Shown in pieces: positions 19,346 to 28,000 of a stretch of 64,000 nt of DNA. The DNA is from Rhodocyclaceae bacterium (lineage in GTDB: Bacteria; Pseudomonadota; Gammaproteobacteria; Burkholderiales; CAIKXV01). Every line of letters begins with the position of its first letter. The stretch's first letter is position 1. The stretch spans positions 384,011-448,010 of the forward strand of contig JADCHX010000002.1 of the NCBI GenBank assembly GCA_020248265.1, in the 5' to 3' direction. The notes under the pieces are model-generated. The model worked only from the letters and a program-made list of their open reading frames with translations, did no database searches and was not told the origin of the DNA. The position numbers and the translations under genes are program-made.

Positions 19346-20338
19346 CTAGATCTTGAACAGGTCGAGCACCGACGGGCAGAACAGCTCTTCCGGCGCGACC
19401 TTGCGTGCCGACAGGCCCTGCTCGAAGTGGTAGCGGGTGAAGGTCTCGAGCACATGGTGGTTCGGCTCCAGGCCGTAGCTCCAGTAGTTCTCGCCCATCA
19501 GCTGCTTCGCCTTGTGGAACTCGGACACGCCCCAGGGCAGGCTCACGAACAGGTGGCCGATCTGCCCGAGCTCGTACAGCGACAGCTCGCGCGCCTGCAG
19601 GAAGGCCTTGAACACGCTGACCGGCAGCCAGGGATGCTTCTCGACCAGCGACTTGCGGATACCGATGATATGCATCGTCGGGAAGATCTTCGTGCGGCGG
19701 AAGTAGTCTTCCTCGGTGGTGCGGTAGTCCGGGAACAGCCGCGCGACATTCTTCGCGCCGCGCTCGAAGCACGACGGCGCGCGCGCGCTGATCATCGCGT
19801 CGATCTCGCCCGCCTCGAGCATGCCGGACAGGGTCTTGCCATCCGGCACCTGCTGCAGGTCCACGTCCGGCGGCAGCTTGATCGGCGCGCGCTCGAGCCG
19901 CCCCGGATCTTCAACGCCGCCGCGACGCCAGTGGATCGACGATGGCTTCACGCCGAAGTCGTCCTCGAGGATGCCGCGGATCCACACATTGGCGGTGATC
20001 TGGTACTCGGGGAGCCCGACCGTCTTGCCTGCGAGGTCCTGCGGCTTGTCGATGCCGCGGTCGGTGCGGATGTACACGCCCGAGTGGCGGAACAGGCGAG
20101 ACACGAAGGCCGGGATGCCGACGTACGCGTTGCTACCGCGGGAGGTCATCATCGTGTGGCTGGAGATCGACAACTCGGAGATGTCGAACTCCTGGAAGCC
20201 GAATGCGCGATGGAAGGCCTCCTCCGGCTCGATGTTCACCGCGGCCACGTCACAGCCCTCGATCTGCACCCGGCCGTCGAACAACCCACGCGTGCGATCG
20301 TAGTCGCAGACACCCATGCTTACCTGAAGCTTGCCCAC
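19346..20338 (-). CDS. 4,5-dihydroxyphthalate decarboxylase-like protein, second paralog
   Basis: GTG start at 20338 with an AGGAGA upstream. KLQVSMGVCDYDRTRGLFDGRVQIEG is the family N-terminus. Blocks shared with 16062..17072 include FRH, PxDLxGKxVG, VWIRG and IFPxMHxI. Confidence 0.8.
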   Translation of the reverse strand: MGKLQVSMGVCDYDRTRGLFDGRVQIEGCDVAAVNIEPEEAFHRAFGFQEFDISELSISSHTMMTSRGSNAYVGIPAFVSRLFRHSGVYIRTDRGIDKPQDLAGKTVGLPEYQITANVWIRGILEDDFGVKPSSIHWRRGGVEDPGRLERAPIKLPPDVDLQQVPDGKTLSGMLEAGEIDAMISARAPSCFERGAKNVARLFPDYRTTEEDYFRRTKIFPTMHIIGIRKSLVEKHPWLPVSVFKAFLQARELSLYELGQIGHLFVSLPWGVSEFHKAKQLMGENYWSYGLEPNHHVLETFTRYHFEQGLSARKVAPEELFCPSVLDLFKI

Positions 20339-20381
20339 TGAATCTTCTCCTGTCCCTGTTGCCGTGTATTGTCCGAACCGT

Positions 20382-21368
20382 CTACTCCGTCGCCTTGATC
20401 CCGAACGCCTTCACCGCCTTCGACCAGCGCGCCACCTCGGCGCCGAGGAACCTGCCGAACGCTTCCGGCGACACCGGATTCAGGTCGTAGCCACGCTCGC
20501 GCAGCACGGTCGCGGCAGGGCCGCTGCCCGACAGGATGCCGTTGATCGTGGCATTGAGCTTCGTCACCACCGGTCGCGGCGTGCCGGCCGGGGCCAGCAT
20601 GCCGAACCAGCCGCGGATGTCGGTGCCCTTGAAGCCCGACTCGTCCAGTGTCGGGGTGTCGGGCGCCTGCACGAAGCGCCTGTTCGACGTCACCGCGAGC
20701 AGCCGCAGCTTGCCCGCCTTCACCTGCGGCAGCGCGGCGCCGGGACCGGTGAACGTGGTCTGCACCTCGTTGCCGAGGTTGGCCGCCATCAGCGGCCCGG
20801 TGCCCCGATAGGGCACGTGGGTCATGTCGAGCTTCGCAGTCGAGTAGAACAGCGCCTGGGACACGTGCGAGATCGCCGAGCCGGAACCGTAGTTGTACTT
20901 GCCCGGGCTCGCCTGGACCAGCTTCACGAAGTCGACCATGGTCTTCGCCGGCACCGACGGGTGGAGCGTGATCAGGTAGGGCTGCTCGACCAGGATGGCG
21001 ATCGGCGCGAAGTCTTTCATCACGTCGAACGGCGGCGGCGAGATCAGCGCAGGCGAGATCACCGTCGCGGCATCGACGATGGTGAGGGTGTAGCCGTCAT
21101 TGATCGCGCGCGCGCCGATCTGGGTGCCGACCACGCCCTGCGCCCCTGCGCGGTTGTCGATCAGCACCTGCTGGCCGAGCTGCTCGGACAGCTGCGGGGC
21201 GATCGCCCGCATCACGAAATCAGTGCCGCCACCGGGCGGGAACGGCACGATCACGCGCAGCGGCTTGACGGGATAATCGGGGGCGGCGGCTGCAAATGCA
21301 CTGGCGGCCAGGAAGGCGGACAGGCAGCAGGCGCCCGCGTGTCGCGCAAGGGGGCTCTGCAGTTTCAT
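20382..21368 (-). CDS. Bug-family (TctC-like) tripartite tricarboxylate transporter substrate-binding protein
   Basis: ORF 20382..21425 trimmed to the ATG at 21366-21368 (MKLQSPLARHAGACCLSAFLAASAFA, a signal peptide). YPVKPLRVIVPFPPGGGTDFVMR is the Bug signature. Confidence 0.9.
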   Translation of the reverse strand: MKLQSPLARHAGACCLSAFLAASAFAAAAPDYPVKPLRVIVPFPPGGGTDFVMRAIAPQLSEQLGQQVLIDNRAGAQGVVGTQIGARAINDGYTLTIVDAATVISPALISPPPFDVMKDFAPIAILVEQPYLITLHPSVPAKTMVDFVKLVQASPGKYNYGSGSAISHVSQALFYSTAKLDMTHVPYRGTGPLMAANLGNEVQTTFTGPGAALPQVKAGKLRLLAVTSNRRFVQAPDTPTLDESGFKGTDIRGWFGMLAPAGTPRPVVTKLNATINGILSGSGPAATVLRERGYDLNPVSPEAFGRFLGAEVARWSKAVKAFGIKATE

Positions 21369-21429
21369 GCAAGATTCTCCGTTACTGGAATGCCTTGGCG
21401 GGACAGCGGAATATAACCTGCCCATGGCG

Positions 21430-21981
21430 TCATCGGACTACCGCGGGCGGCAGCACGATCTGCGTCTGCGTGACGAGCGCGACCAGCTTGCCGTCCTCGT
21501 TCGTGATGCGCGTCTGCCAGACGTTGGTGCTACGCCCGACGTGCAACGGCGTCGACTCGGCCAGCAGCACCGGCGGCTGCCCGGCGGCGAAGAAATTGGT
21601 CTTCGACTCCAGCGTCGTCGTACGCCAGCCTGGCTCCAGGTTCATCACCGTGCCTGCCGCGCCGAGCAGGTCGGCAAAGGCCATCAGCACACCGCCATTG
21701 ACCCGCTGGCCGCGGTTCATGTGGGTCGGGCGGATCGGCAGCCGCGCCGTGATCTTCGTGCGCGAGGCCGATTCGAGCAGCACTCCGAGCCGCCGGGCCG
21801 GCTGCCCGGCCATGATCAGCTGCACGCCATCGATGCCGTTCTTCCGGAACGGAGGCGCCTTCGCGACCGCCGCCGGTTTCGCGCGTTGTCCAGCGCCGGG
21901 CTTCGCCGCCGTCTTGATCACTGCCTTCGCCGCGCCCCTGCCCGCTGGTGCCTTCGCCACCGCTTTCCTGCCTGCAGCCAT
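21430..21981 (-). CDS. PaaI/YigI-type hotdog-fold thioesterase with a Lys/Ala/Pro-rich N-terminal extension
   Basis: ATG at 21979-21981. The C-terminal roughly 135 aa resemble a hotdog domain (RVNGGVLMAFADLLGAAG...TTLESKTNFF...HVGRSTNVWQTRI). The first roughly 45 aa are MAAGRKAVAKAPAGRGAAKAVIKTAAKPGAGQRAKPAAVAKAPP. Confidence 0.72.
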   Translation of the reverse strand: MAAGRKAVAKAPAGRGAAKAVIKTAAKPGAGQRAKPAAVAKAPPFRKNGIDGVQLIMAGQPARRLGVLLESASRTKITARLPIRPTHMNRGQRVNGGVLMAFADLLGAAGTVMNLEPGWRTTTLESKTNFFAAGQPPVLLAESTPLHVGRSTNVWQTRITNEDGKLVALVTQTQIVLPPAVVR

Positions 21982-22182
21982 CTCGTCCCTGCTCCTCGTC
22001 GATCTACGTGGGCTTCACTTTTCGCAGCCGCGGACGATACCGCGTCGGTGACTTGTCTGGCGAGACCCCGTACCGCCCGGCTTGACGCGCAACCGATGGC
22101 CGGTCTCGAATGACTCACCCTCCCAGTGACCCGCTCGCGCACGACACGTCGGCGTCGATCGACACGACATTTCGCCGCCCTC

Positions 22183-22533
22183 TCAGCGGCGGCCGCGCAA
22201 GCCCCGGTACATGTCGAGGAACCGGGGCAGCAGCGCCCAGACCAGGCGCGCACGCGGCGCGCGCAGCGCGCGCCAGGCCGCCCATAGTCGCAACCCGACT
22301 CGCGCCAGGGTGACCACCCCGCGTGGCCGCACCAGAACGATCGCTACCAGCGCAGCCACCCAGGCGGCCGGATTGACCTTCAGCCAGCGTACGCCGCCGA
22401 CGACCCGATCGAACAGCCGCAGCGGACCCTCGAGCCTGCGCACGCTGGCGGCAATCGCGTCGCGCTGCCCGTCGGCACGCACACGCAGCCGCTCGCGCCG
22501 CAGCGACAGCGCCAGCAACTGCTCGCCGATCAT
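22183..22533 (-). CDS. YqjK-like small membrane protein
   Basis: ORF 22183..22833 trimmed to the ATG at 22531-22533 (MIGEQLLALSLRRERLRVRADGQRDAI...). ATGA overlap with the yqjE-like gene. Position and architecture match E. coli yqjD-yqjE-yqjK. Confidence 0.6.
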   Translation of the reverse strand: MIGEQLLALSLRRERLRVRADGQRDAIAASVRRLEGPLRLFDRVVGGVRWLKVNPAAWVAALVAIVLVRPRGVVTLARVGLRLWAAWRALRAPRARLVWALLPRFLDMYRGLRGRR

Positions 22534-22967
22534 CGCGGTGTGGCCGCGCCGCTGCGGTCGGCGTCCGGGGCGCCGGCGGACAGCGCCTCGCGGTCGCGTG
22601 CGAGCGTCTCGAGCGTGGCCGCGAACAGGCTGGGCGCCAACCGTACATGGCGACGGGCGAGCAATGCGCATCCGCCGCCGGCGAGCAGGAAGAACGCGCT
22701 GAGCAGCGCGACCGCAAGGACAGGGCTGCGATCCCAGAATGCCACGATGATCAGCAGCGCGAGCAGCACCGTGCCGGTGAACAGGCAGAACAGCGCCACG
22801 ATGCCATAAAGCGCGATCGCGGCAAGACGCCATCCGGCCTCCTGGGCATCGACCGACAGCAGTTGCAGCCGGGTCTGGAGGGCCGCGACTGCGTTGCCGG
22901 CAAGGTCGCGCAGCGACTGCAGGACACCCGGGGGCGTCTCGCCACCACCACCGGCCGGATCAGTCAC
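22530..22967 (-). CDS. YqjE-like membrane protein (DUF1469, the so-called phage holin family)
   Basis: GTG start. An amphipathic N-terminal helix (LQTRLQLLSVDAQEA) is followed by two TM helices, as in YqjE. Confidence 0.7.
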   Translation of the reverse strand: MTDPAGGGGETPPGVLQSLRDLAGNAVAALQTRLQLLSVDAQEAGWRLAAIALYGIVALFCLFTGTVLLALLIIVAFWDRSPVLAVALLSAFFLLAGGGCALLARRHVRLAPSLFAATLETLARDREALSAGAPDADRSGAATPR

Positions 22968-22986
22968 GATACGGACCGGGTTGCGT

Positions 22987-23289
22987 TCAGCGGCGGGCGA
23001 TCAGCAGCCCGATGATCATGCCGACGGCAGCGCCCACGCCGACAGCCGTCCAGGGCTTGTCGTGCACGAAATCATCGGTCGCACGTGCAGCCTGCTTGGT
23101 CTTGTCCACGACCAGCGCCTCCGCATCGCGCAGAGCGAGGCGCGCAGAGCGCAGCGAATCTTCCGCCTTGGCGCGCACTTCGCCGATCTTGTCGCCCGCC
23201 TGTCCGGCAGTGGCCTTCACCAGGGCTTCAGCATCGGAAACGACGGTCTTGAGGTCGACGATGAGCTTTTCGCGGTTTACGTCATTCAT
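22987..23289 (-). CDS. ElaB/YqjD/DUF883 family membrane-anchored ribosome-binding protein
   Basis: 100 aa: a coiled N-terminal region, DKPWTAVGVGAAVGMIIGLLIARR as the C-terminal anchor, and a GGAGA Shine-Dalgarno. Confidence 0.85.
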   Translation of the reverse strand: MNDVNREKLIVDLKTVVSDAEALVKATAGQAGDKIGEVRAKAEDSLRSARLALRDAEALVVDKTKQAARATDDFVHDKPWTAVGVGAAVGMIIGLLIARR

Positions 23290-23331
23290 GGAGATCTCCG
23301 CAGGGTTGAGCGAGTCGTCAGGAGGGAAGTC

Positions 23332-23361
23332 AATCTACCGCAAATGCAAGCCGCGGTGCAA
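23332..23361 (-). promoter_or_regulatory. Candidate sigma70/sigmaS-type promoter for the elaB-like operon (TTGCAC-18-TAGATT)
   Basis: The reverse strand reads TTGCACcgcggcttgcatttgcggTAGATT, about 40 nt upstream of the ATG at 23289. Confidence 0.35.
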
Positions 23362-23397
23362 TTCGCCTTTGGCGCAGTCCCGGCCGGGAAGCGCCCA

Positions 23398-24336
23398 TCA
23401 GGAAATCGTCTGGTAGTAGAGGTTCTGCGGATGGTTGGCCTGTGCGAAGAAGAACCAGCGCTCTGCGAGCAGGCCGATGTACTGAACCGCGAAAGCCACT
23501 GCAAGCACCGCCGTCGCCCCGCTCGCAGCCCCCAGCCACAGCAGGGCTGCGGGCAGCGGAAACGCGAGCAGCAGGAATGCCCACTTGACCGACCGCAGGA
23601 AGGTCCGCGTGCGTCCATGGACGAATTCGCGCGTATTGAACGAACCACCGATCGCGCCCTGCGAGGTCTGCCGCACCTTCGGATGCTTCATGCCGATCGC
23701 CGACTGTACGGTGGACTTCGGTCGCAGGCGGGCATTGCGCGCCAGCATCGCTGCACGCACCACCAGCGCGACCGTGGTCAGACCGATCGCCCAGGTGGCC
23801 AGCACCTCGGTGTAGCCCGGTGCCAGCAACGAGGACAGCAGCGTCGCGAACGTGCTGCCGGACGCACAGCCGAGCAGGAAGTAGTTGAGCAGCGTCAGCG
23901 GCGACGCCCATTCCTGCAGGAAGCGCAGGCACGCATAGATCATCCCCGTGCAGACGAACAGCGCGATGCAGGCCACCACGGCGACCAGACCGAACAGGTC
24001 CGACCACAGGGAACCGGTCGCATAGGACACACCGTAGGCCGCGACGCTTGCGAGGAAGGCCGGCAGCACGATCACCTCGCGCGACAGCCAGGAGGTACGC
24101 CACATCGTGGCTGCACGCCAGGCACGCTCCGGACGGCCGAGGTGCCAGAACGAGGCAAGCAGCCCGAGCGCGCAGAGCAGCACCGACAGCGTGCAGCCGA
24201 CGATGATGAACGACGGCATCGGCAGTTCCGACAGCCCGAGGCGCGACAGAACGTCGATCGAGTACACCGCGAGGAACAATCCCTGCGCGACGCCGATCAG
24301 CGTGGTGAGGAAGATCACCGAGAAGGCCGGATGCAT
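23398..24336 (-). CDS. DmsC-type membrane anchor subunit of a DMSO-reductase-family enzyme (SoeC-like)
   Basis: 312 aa and polytopic (MHPAFSVIFLTTLIGVAQGLFLAVY...). It starts 1 nt after the Fe-S subunit stop. Confidence 0.85.
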   Translation of the reverse strand: MHPAFSVIFLTTLIGVAQGLFLAVYSIDVLSRLGLSELPMPSFIIVGCTLSVLLCALGLLASFWHLGRPERAWRAATMWRTSWLSREVIVLPAFLASVAAYGVSYATGSLWSDLFGLVAVVACIALFVCTGMIYACLRFLQEWASPLTLLNYFLLGCASGSTFATLLSSLLAPGYTEVLATWAIGLTTVALVVRAAMLARNARLRPKSTVQSAIGMKHPKVRQTSQGAIGGSFNTREFVHGRTRTFLRSVKWAFLLLAFPLPAALLWLGAASGATAVLAVAFAVQYIGLLAERWFFFAQANHPQNLYYQTIS

Positions 24337-24337
24337 G

Positions 24338-25099
24338 TCAGCGCCCTCCCCCGGCCGATGCCGACGTCGGATCGGCGGCGGCCTGTGCCTCGGCGATCAG
24401 CGCCGCCAGCGTGCCCGGGATGCGGCCGTCGACGTTCAGCGGCGAATCGATCCGGCTGACCTGGTCGGCGTCGACCACCACCGTACCTTTGTGACGCGGC
24501 AGGTAGTGGTTGGCCGGCTCGGTACCCCATTCGGGCATCAGGGCATAGCCACCACGCTCGCGGATCGCACGCGACACTTCCGAGTCGGCGTCATGGATGT
24601 CGCCGAACAGCCGCGCGCTGGTCGGGCAGGCCACCACGCAGGCGGGCTTGCGCTGCGCCTCCGGGATCGCCTGGTCGTAGATGCGGTCGACGCACAGGGT
24701 GCACTTCTTCATCACCTGCTGCTTCTCGTCGATCTCGCGCGCGCCGTACGGACAGGCCCAGGCGCAGTACTTGCAACCGATGCACTTGTCGTAGTCGACC
24801 AGCACGATGCCGTCTTCCTTGCGCTTGTACGACGCGCCGGTCGGGCACACCGGCACGCAGGGCGGGTCTTCGCAGTGCAGGCAGGACTTCGGGAAATGGA
24901 CGGTCTCGGTGCAAGGGAACTCGCCGACTTCGTAGGTCTGCACCCGATTGAAGAAGGTGCCGGTCGGATCCTTGTCGTAAGGGTTCTCGTCGCTCAGGAA
25001 ACCGGCAACGCCGGAGGTGTTCCATTCCTTGCAACTGGTGACGCAGGCCTGGCAGCCGACGCAGACGTTCAGGTCGATGACCAATGCAAGCTGGGTCAA
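24338..25099 (-). CDS. 4Fe-4S ferredoxin-type electron-transfer subunit (DmsB/SoeB-like)
   Basis: Apparent TTG start overlapping the catalytic-subunit stop (TTGA). Multiple CxxCxxCxxxC clusters are present: CVGCQACVTSC, CLHCEDPPCVPVC, CIGCKYCAWAC and CTLCVDR. Confidence 0.92.
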   Translation of the reverse strand: MTQLALVIDLNVCVGCQACVTSCKEWNTSGVAGFLSDENPYDKDPTGTFFNRVQTYEVGEFPCTETVHFPKSCLHCEDPPCVPVCPTGASYKRKEDGIVLVDYDKCIGCKYCAWACPYGAREIDEKQQVMKKCTLCVDRIYDQAIPEAQRKPACVVACPTSARLFGDIHDADSEVSRAIRERGGYALMPEWGTEPANHYLPRHKGTVVVDADQVSRIDSPLNVDGRIPGTLAALIAEAQAAADPTSASAGGGR

Positions 25100-28000
25100 C
25101 GCGTTTCTCCCTTCTTCAGTTCACGACCCACAGCGGTCATTTCGGTAGCCAGGCCCTTGCCCGCGAAGAACGCCTGCCAGCCGCGGCGGGCCGACCCGGT
25201 GCCCGGCAGCGCCGGCATCGCCGCGAACTGCGGGAAGGTTTCCTCGGGGTCACCCGCATCGGCCTTGCTGATGCGCACATGCACGTCGTACCAGCCGGCC
25301 TGACCGGTGATCGGGTCCGAGTTCGACAGGCGCGCACCCGAGGCATCGGCCGGGAGTTCCTCGGAAATCAGGTGGTTCAGCAGGAAACCCTTCTGCGACT
25401 CGTTGGCTTCCGGGCCGAGATTCCAGGCGCCCTTCGCCTTGCCGATCGCATTCCACGTCCAGACCGTGCCCGGCTCGACGGCTTCGGTGTAGCGACACAG
25501 GCAGCGCACCTTGCCGTGCATGGATTCGACCCAGATCCAGTCGTCGTCGGCGATGCCCGCCGCCTTCGCCGTCACCGGATTCACCATCAGGTAGTTGTGG
25601 CCGTGGATCTGGCGCAGCCAGGCGTTCTGAGAATCCCACGAGTGGTACATCGCCATCGGCCGCTGCGTGACCGCGTTGAGCGGGTAGCGCTCGCGGTCGG
25701 TCGCCTGCGCCTCCAGCGGCGCATACCAGAACGGCAGCGGATCGAAATAGGTCTCGACGCGCTCGCGAAGCCGCTCCGGCGGGCGCCGGGTGCCAGGCCC
25801 CTTGCCCTGGGCAGCGAGCCGGAACTTCTGCAGCACTTCGCAGTAGAGCTGGATCACGACCGGGTCGGCATGCAGGCGCAGCTTGTTCTTCACCGCCCAG
25901 TCGTTGTAGCCCTGGTTCCAGTTGCGCATGTACTGGTGTTCCGGCGGCATCGCGTAGTGGAACACGCAGTTGTTCTTCTCGTACATCTCCCACTGCGCCG
26001 GGTTCGGCTCGCCGACCAGCGCCTTGTCGCCATCCGGGCCGCGATAGCCGGCGAGGAAGCCCACGCCGGAATCGGGCGCGGTCTGGAAGTTGATCACGAA
26101 GTCCTTGTAGTCCTTGAACTTGCGCGACCCGTCGGCAGCGGTGAACGCCGGGAACTTCAGGCGCGAGGCCAGTTCGACCACCACGTCCTGGAATGGCTTG
26201 CAGTCGCCTTTCGGGGGCACCACCGGCACACGCACCGAATCGCAGGGACCGTCGAACTCGGAGATCGGCCGATCGAGCAGCGACATCGCATCGTAGCGCT
26301 CGAGATAGGTGGTATCCGGCAGCACCAGGTCGGCATAGGCGCACATCTCGGACTGGAACGCATCGCACACGATGATGAACGGGATCTTGTACTGCCCGTC
26401 GGGGTCCTTGTCGTTGAGCATCTTCCGGACTTCGGAGGTGTTCATCGACGAGTTCCAGGCCATGTTGGCCATGAACATCAGCAGCGTATCGATGCGGTAC
26501 GGATCTCCGCGCCAGGCATTGGTGATCACGTTGTGCATCATCCCGTGCACCGCCAGCGGATGCTCCCAGGAGAACGCCTTGTCGATGCGTACCGGCCTGC
26601 CCTCGGCATCGATGAACAGGTCGTCGGGCCCGGCCGGGAAGCCGAGTGGTGCACCGCCCAGCGGCGTGTCCGGCTTGACCATGTCGGGCGAGTTCGGCAC
26701 GCGCGCGATCACCGGCGGTGTACCGCGCGGGTACGGCGCCTTGTGCCGGAAGCCACCCGGGCGGTCGATGGTGCCGAGCAGGGTCATCAGGATGGACAGC
26801 GCGCGGATGGTCTGGAAGCCGTTGGAGTGCGCAGCCAGGCCGCGCATCGCATGGAAGGCGACCGGGTTGCCGGTGACGCGGTCGTGCTTCTTCCCCCAGG
26901 AGTCGGTCCAGGCGATCGGCAGCTCGATGCGGTGGTCGCGGGCCATCACGCCCAGTTCGGTCGCCAGCCGGCGGATGGTCTCGGCCGGGATGCCGGTGAT
27001 GCCGGCCGCCCATTCCGGCGTGTTCTCGACCAGCCGCTCGGCGAGCAGCTGGAAGGCCGGTTTCACCGGCGTGCCGTCGTGCAGCCGGAAGCTGCCGAAC
27101 AGCTGCGGGTCGCTGTCTCCGGCGTGGTTGATCACCGGCTTCCCGGTGTGGCGGTCCCACCAGAGCTGGTTGTGCTGGCGGAACGGATTCATGTGGGCCA
27201 GGCCCTCGCCGCCCACCGTCATGCCATGCGAATCGCTGGCCGGATCGATGTTCACCAGGTAACCGGCATTCGAATAGCGCGCAACGAAATCCCTGTCGTA
27301 CAGCCCGAGCCGGATCAGTTCATGGCAAAGCGCGAGCATCAGCGCGCCATCGGTGCCCGGACGGATCGGGATCCATTCGTCGGCGATCGCCGAATAGCCG
27401 GTGCGCACCGGGTTGACCGAGATGAACTTGCCACCGTCGCGCTTGAACTTCGACAGCGCCATCTTCAGCGGGTTCGAGTGGTGGTCTTCGGCAGTGCCGA
27501 TCATCACGAACAGCTTCGCCCGGTCGAGATCCGGCCCGCCGAACTCCCAGAACGATCCGCCGATGGTGTAGATCATGCCGGCGGCCATGTTCACCGAGCA
27601 GAAGCCGCCATGCGCTGCGTAGTTCGGCGTGCCGAACTGCCGCGCAAACAGGCCGGTCAGTGCCTGCATCTGGTCGCGGCCGGTGAACAGCGCGAACTGC
27701 TTCGGGTCGGTCGAGCGGATCTTCCCCAGTCGCTCGGTCATCAGGTCGAACGCCTGGTCCCATGAGATGACCTCGAACGCGGCCGCGCCGCGTTCCGAAC
27801 CCGGCTTGCGCAGCAGCGGCCGGGTCAGCCGCGCCGGCGAATACTGTTTCATGATGCCCGAGGCGCCCTTCGCGCATATCACCCCCTTGTTCAGCGGGTG
27901 GTCCGGGTTGCCCTCGATGTAGCGCACCTCGTCGTTGCGCAACGTCACCCGGATGCCGCAGCGGCAGGCGCACATGTAGCAGGTGGTGTTCCTGGTGCGG

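Noticed and set aside
21982-22182. Possible small gene or RNA in the 200-nt gap between the yqjK-like gene and the thioesterase gene, including the palindrome gtcgatcgac and a hairpin overlapping the yqjK stop.
   Set aside because: The ORFs there (21918..22253, 22110..22313) are shadow-frame low-complexity. The palindromes are short (10 bp or less) and common in this composition, and no recognisable RNA motif is present.
22530-22967. The 'phage holin family' label of the YqjE-like protein as a sign of a prophage or lysis cassette.
   Set aside because: The gene sits in the conserved chromosomal elaB/yqjD-yqjE-yqjK arrangement. No endolysin, spanin or other phage genes are nearby.
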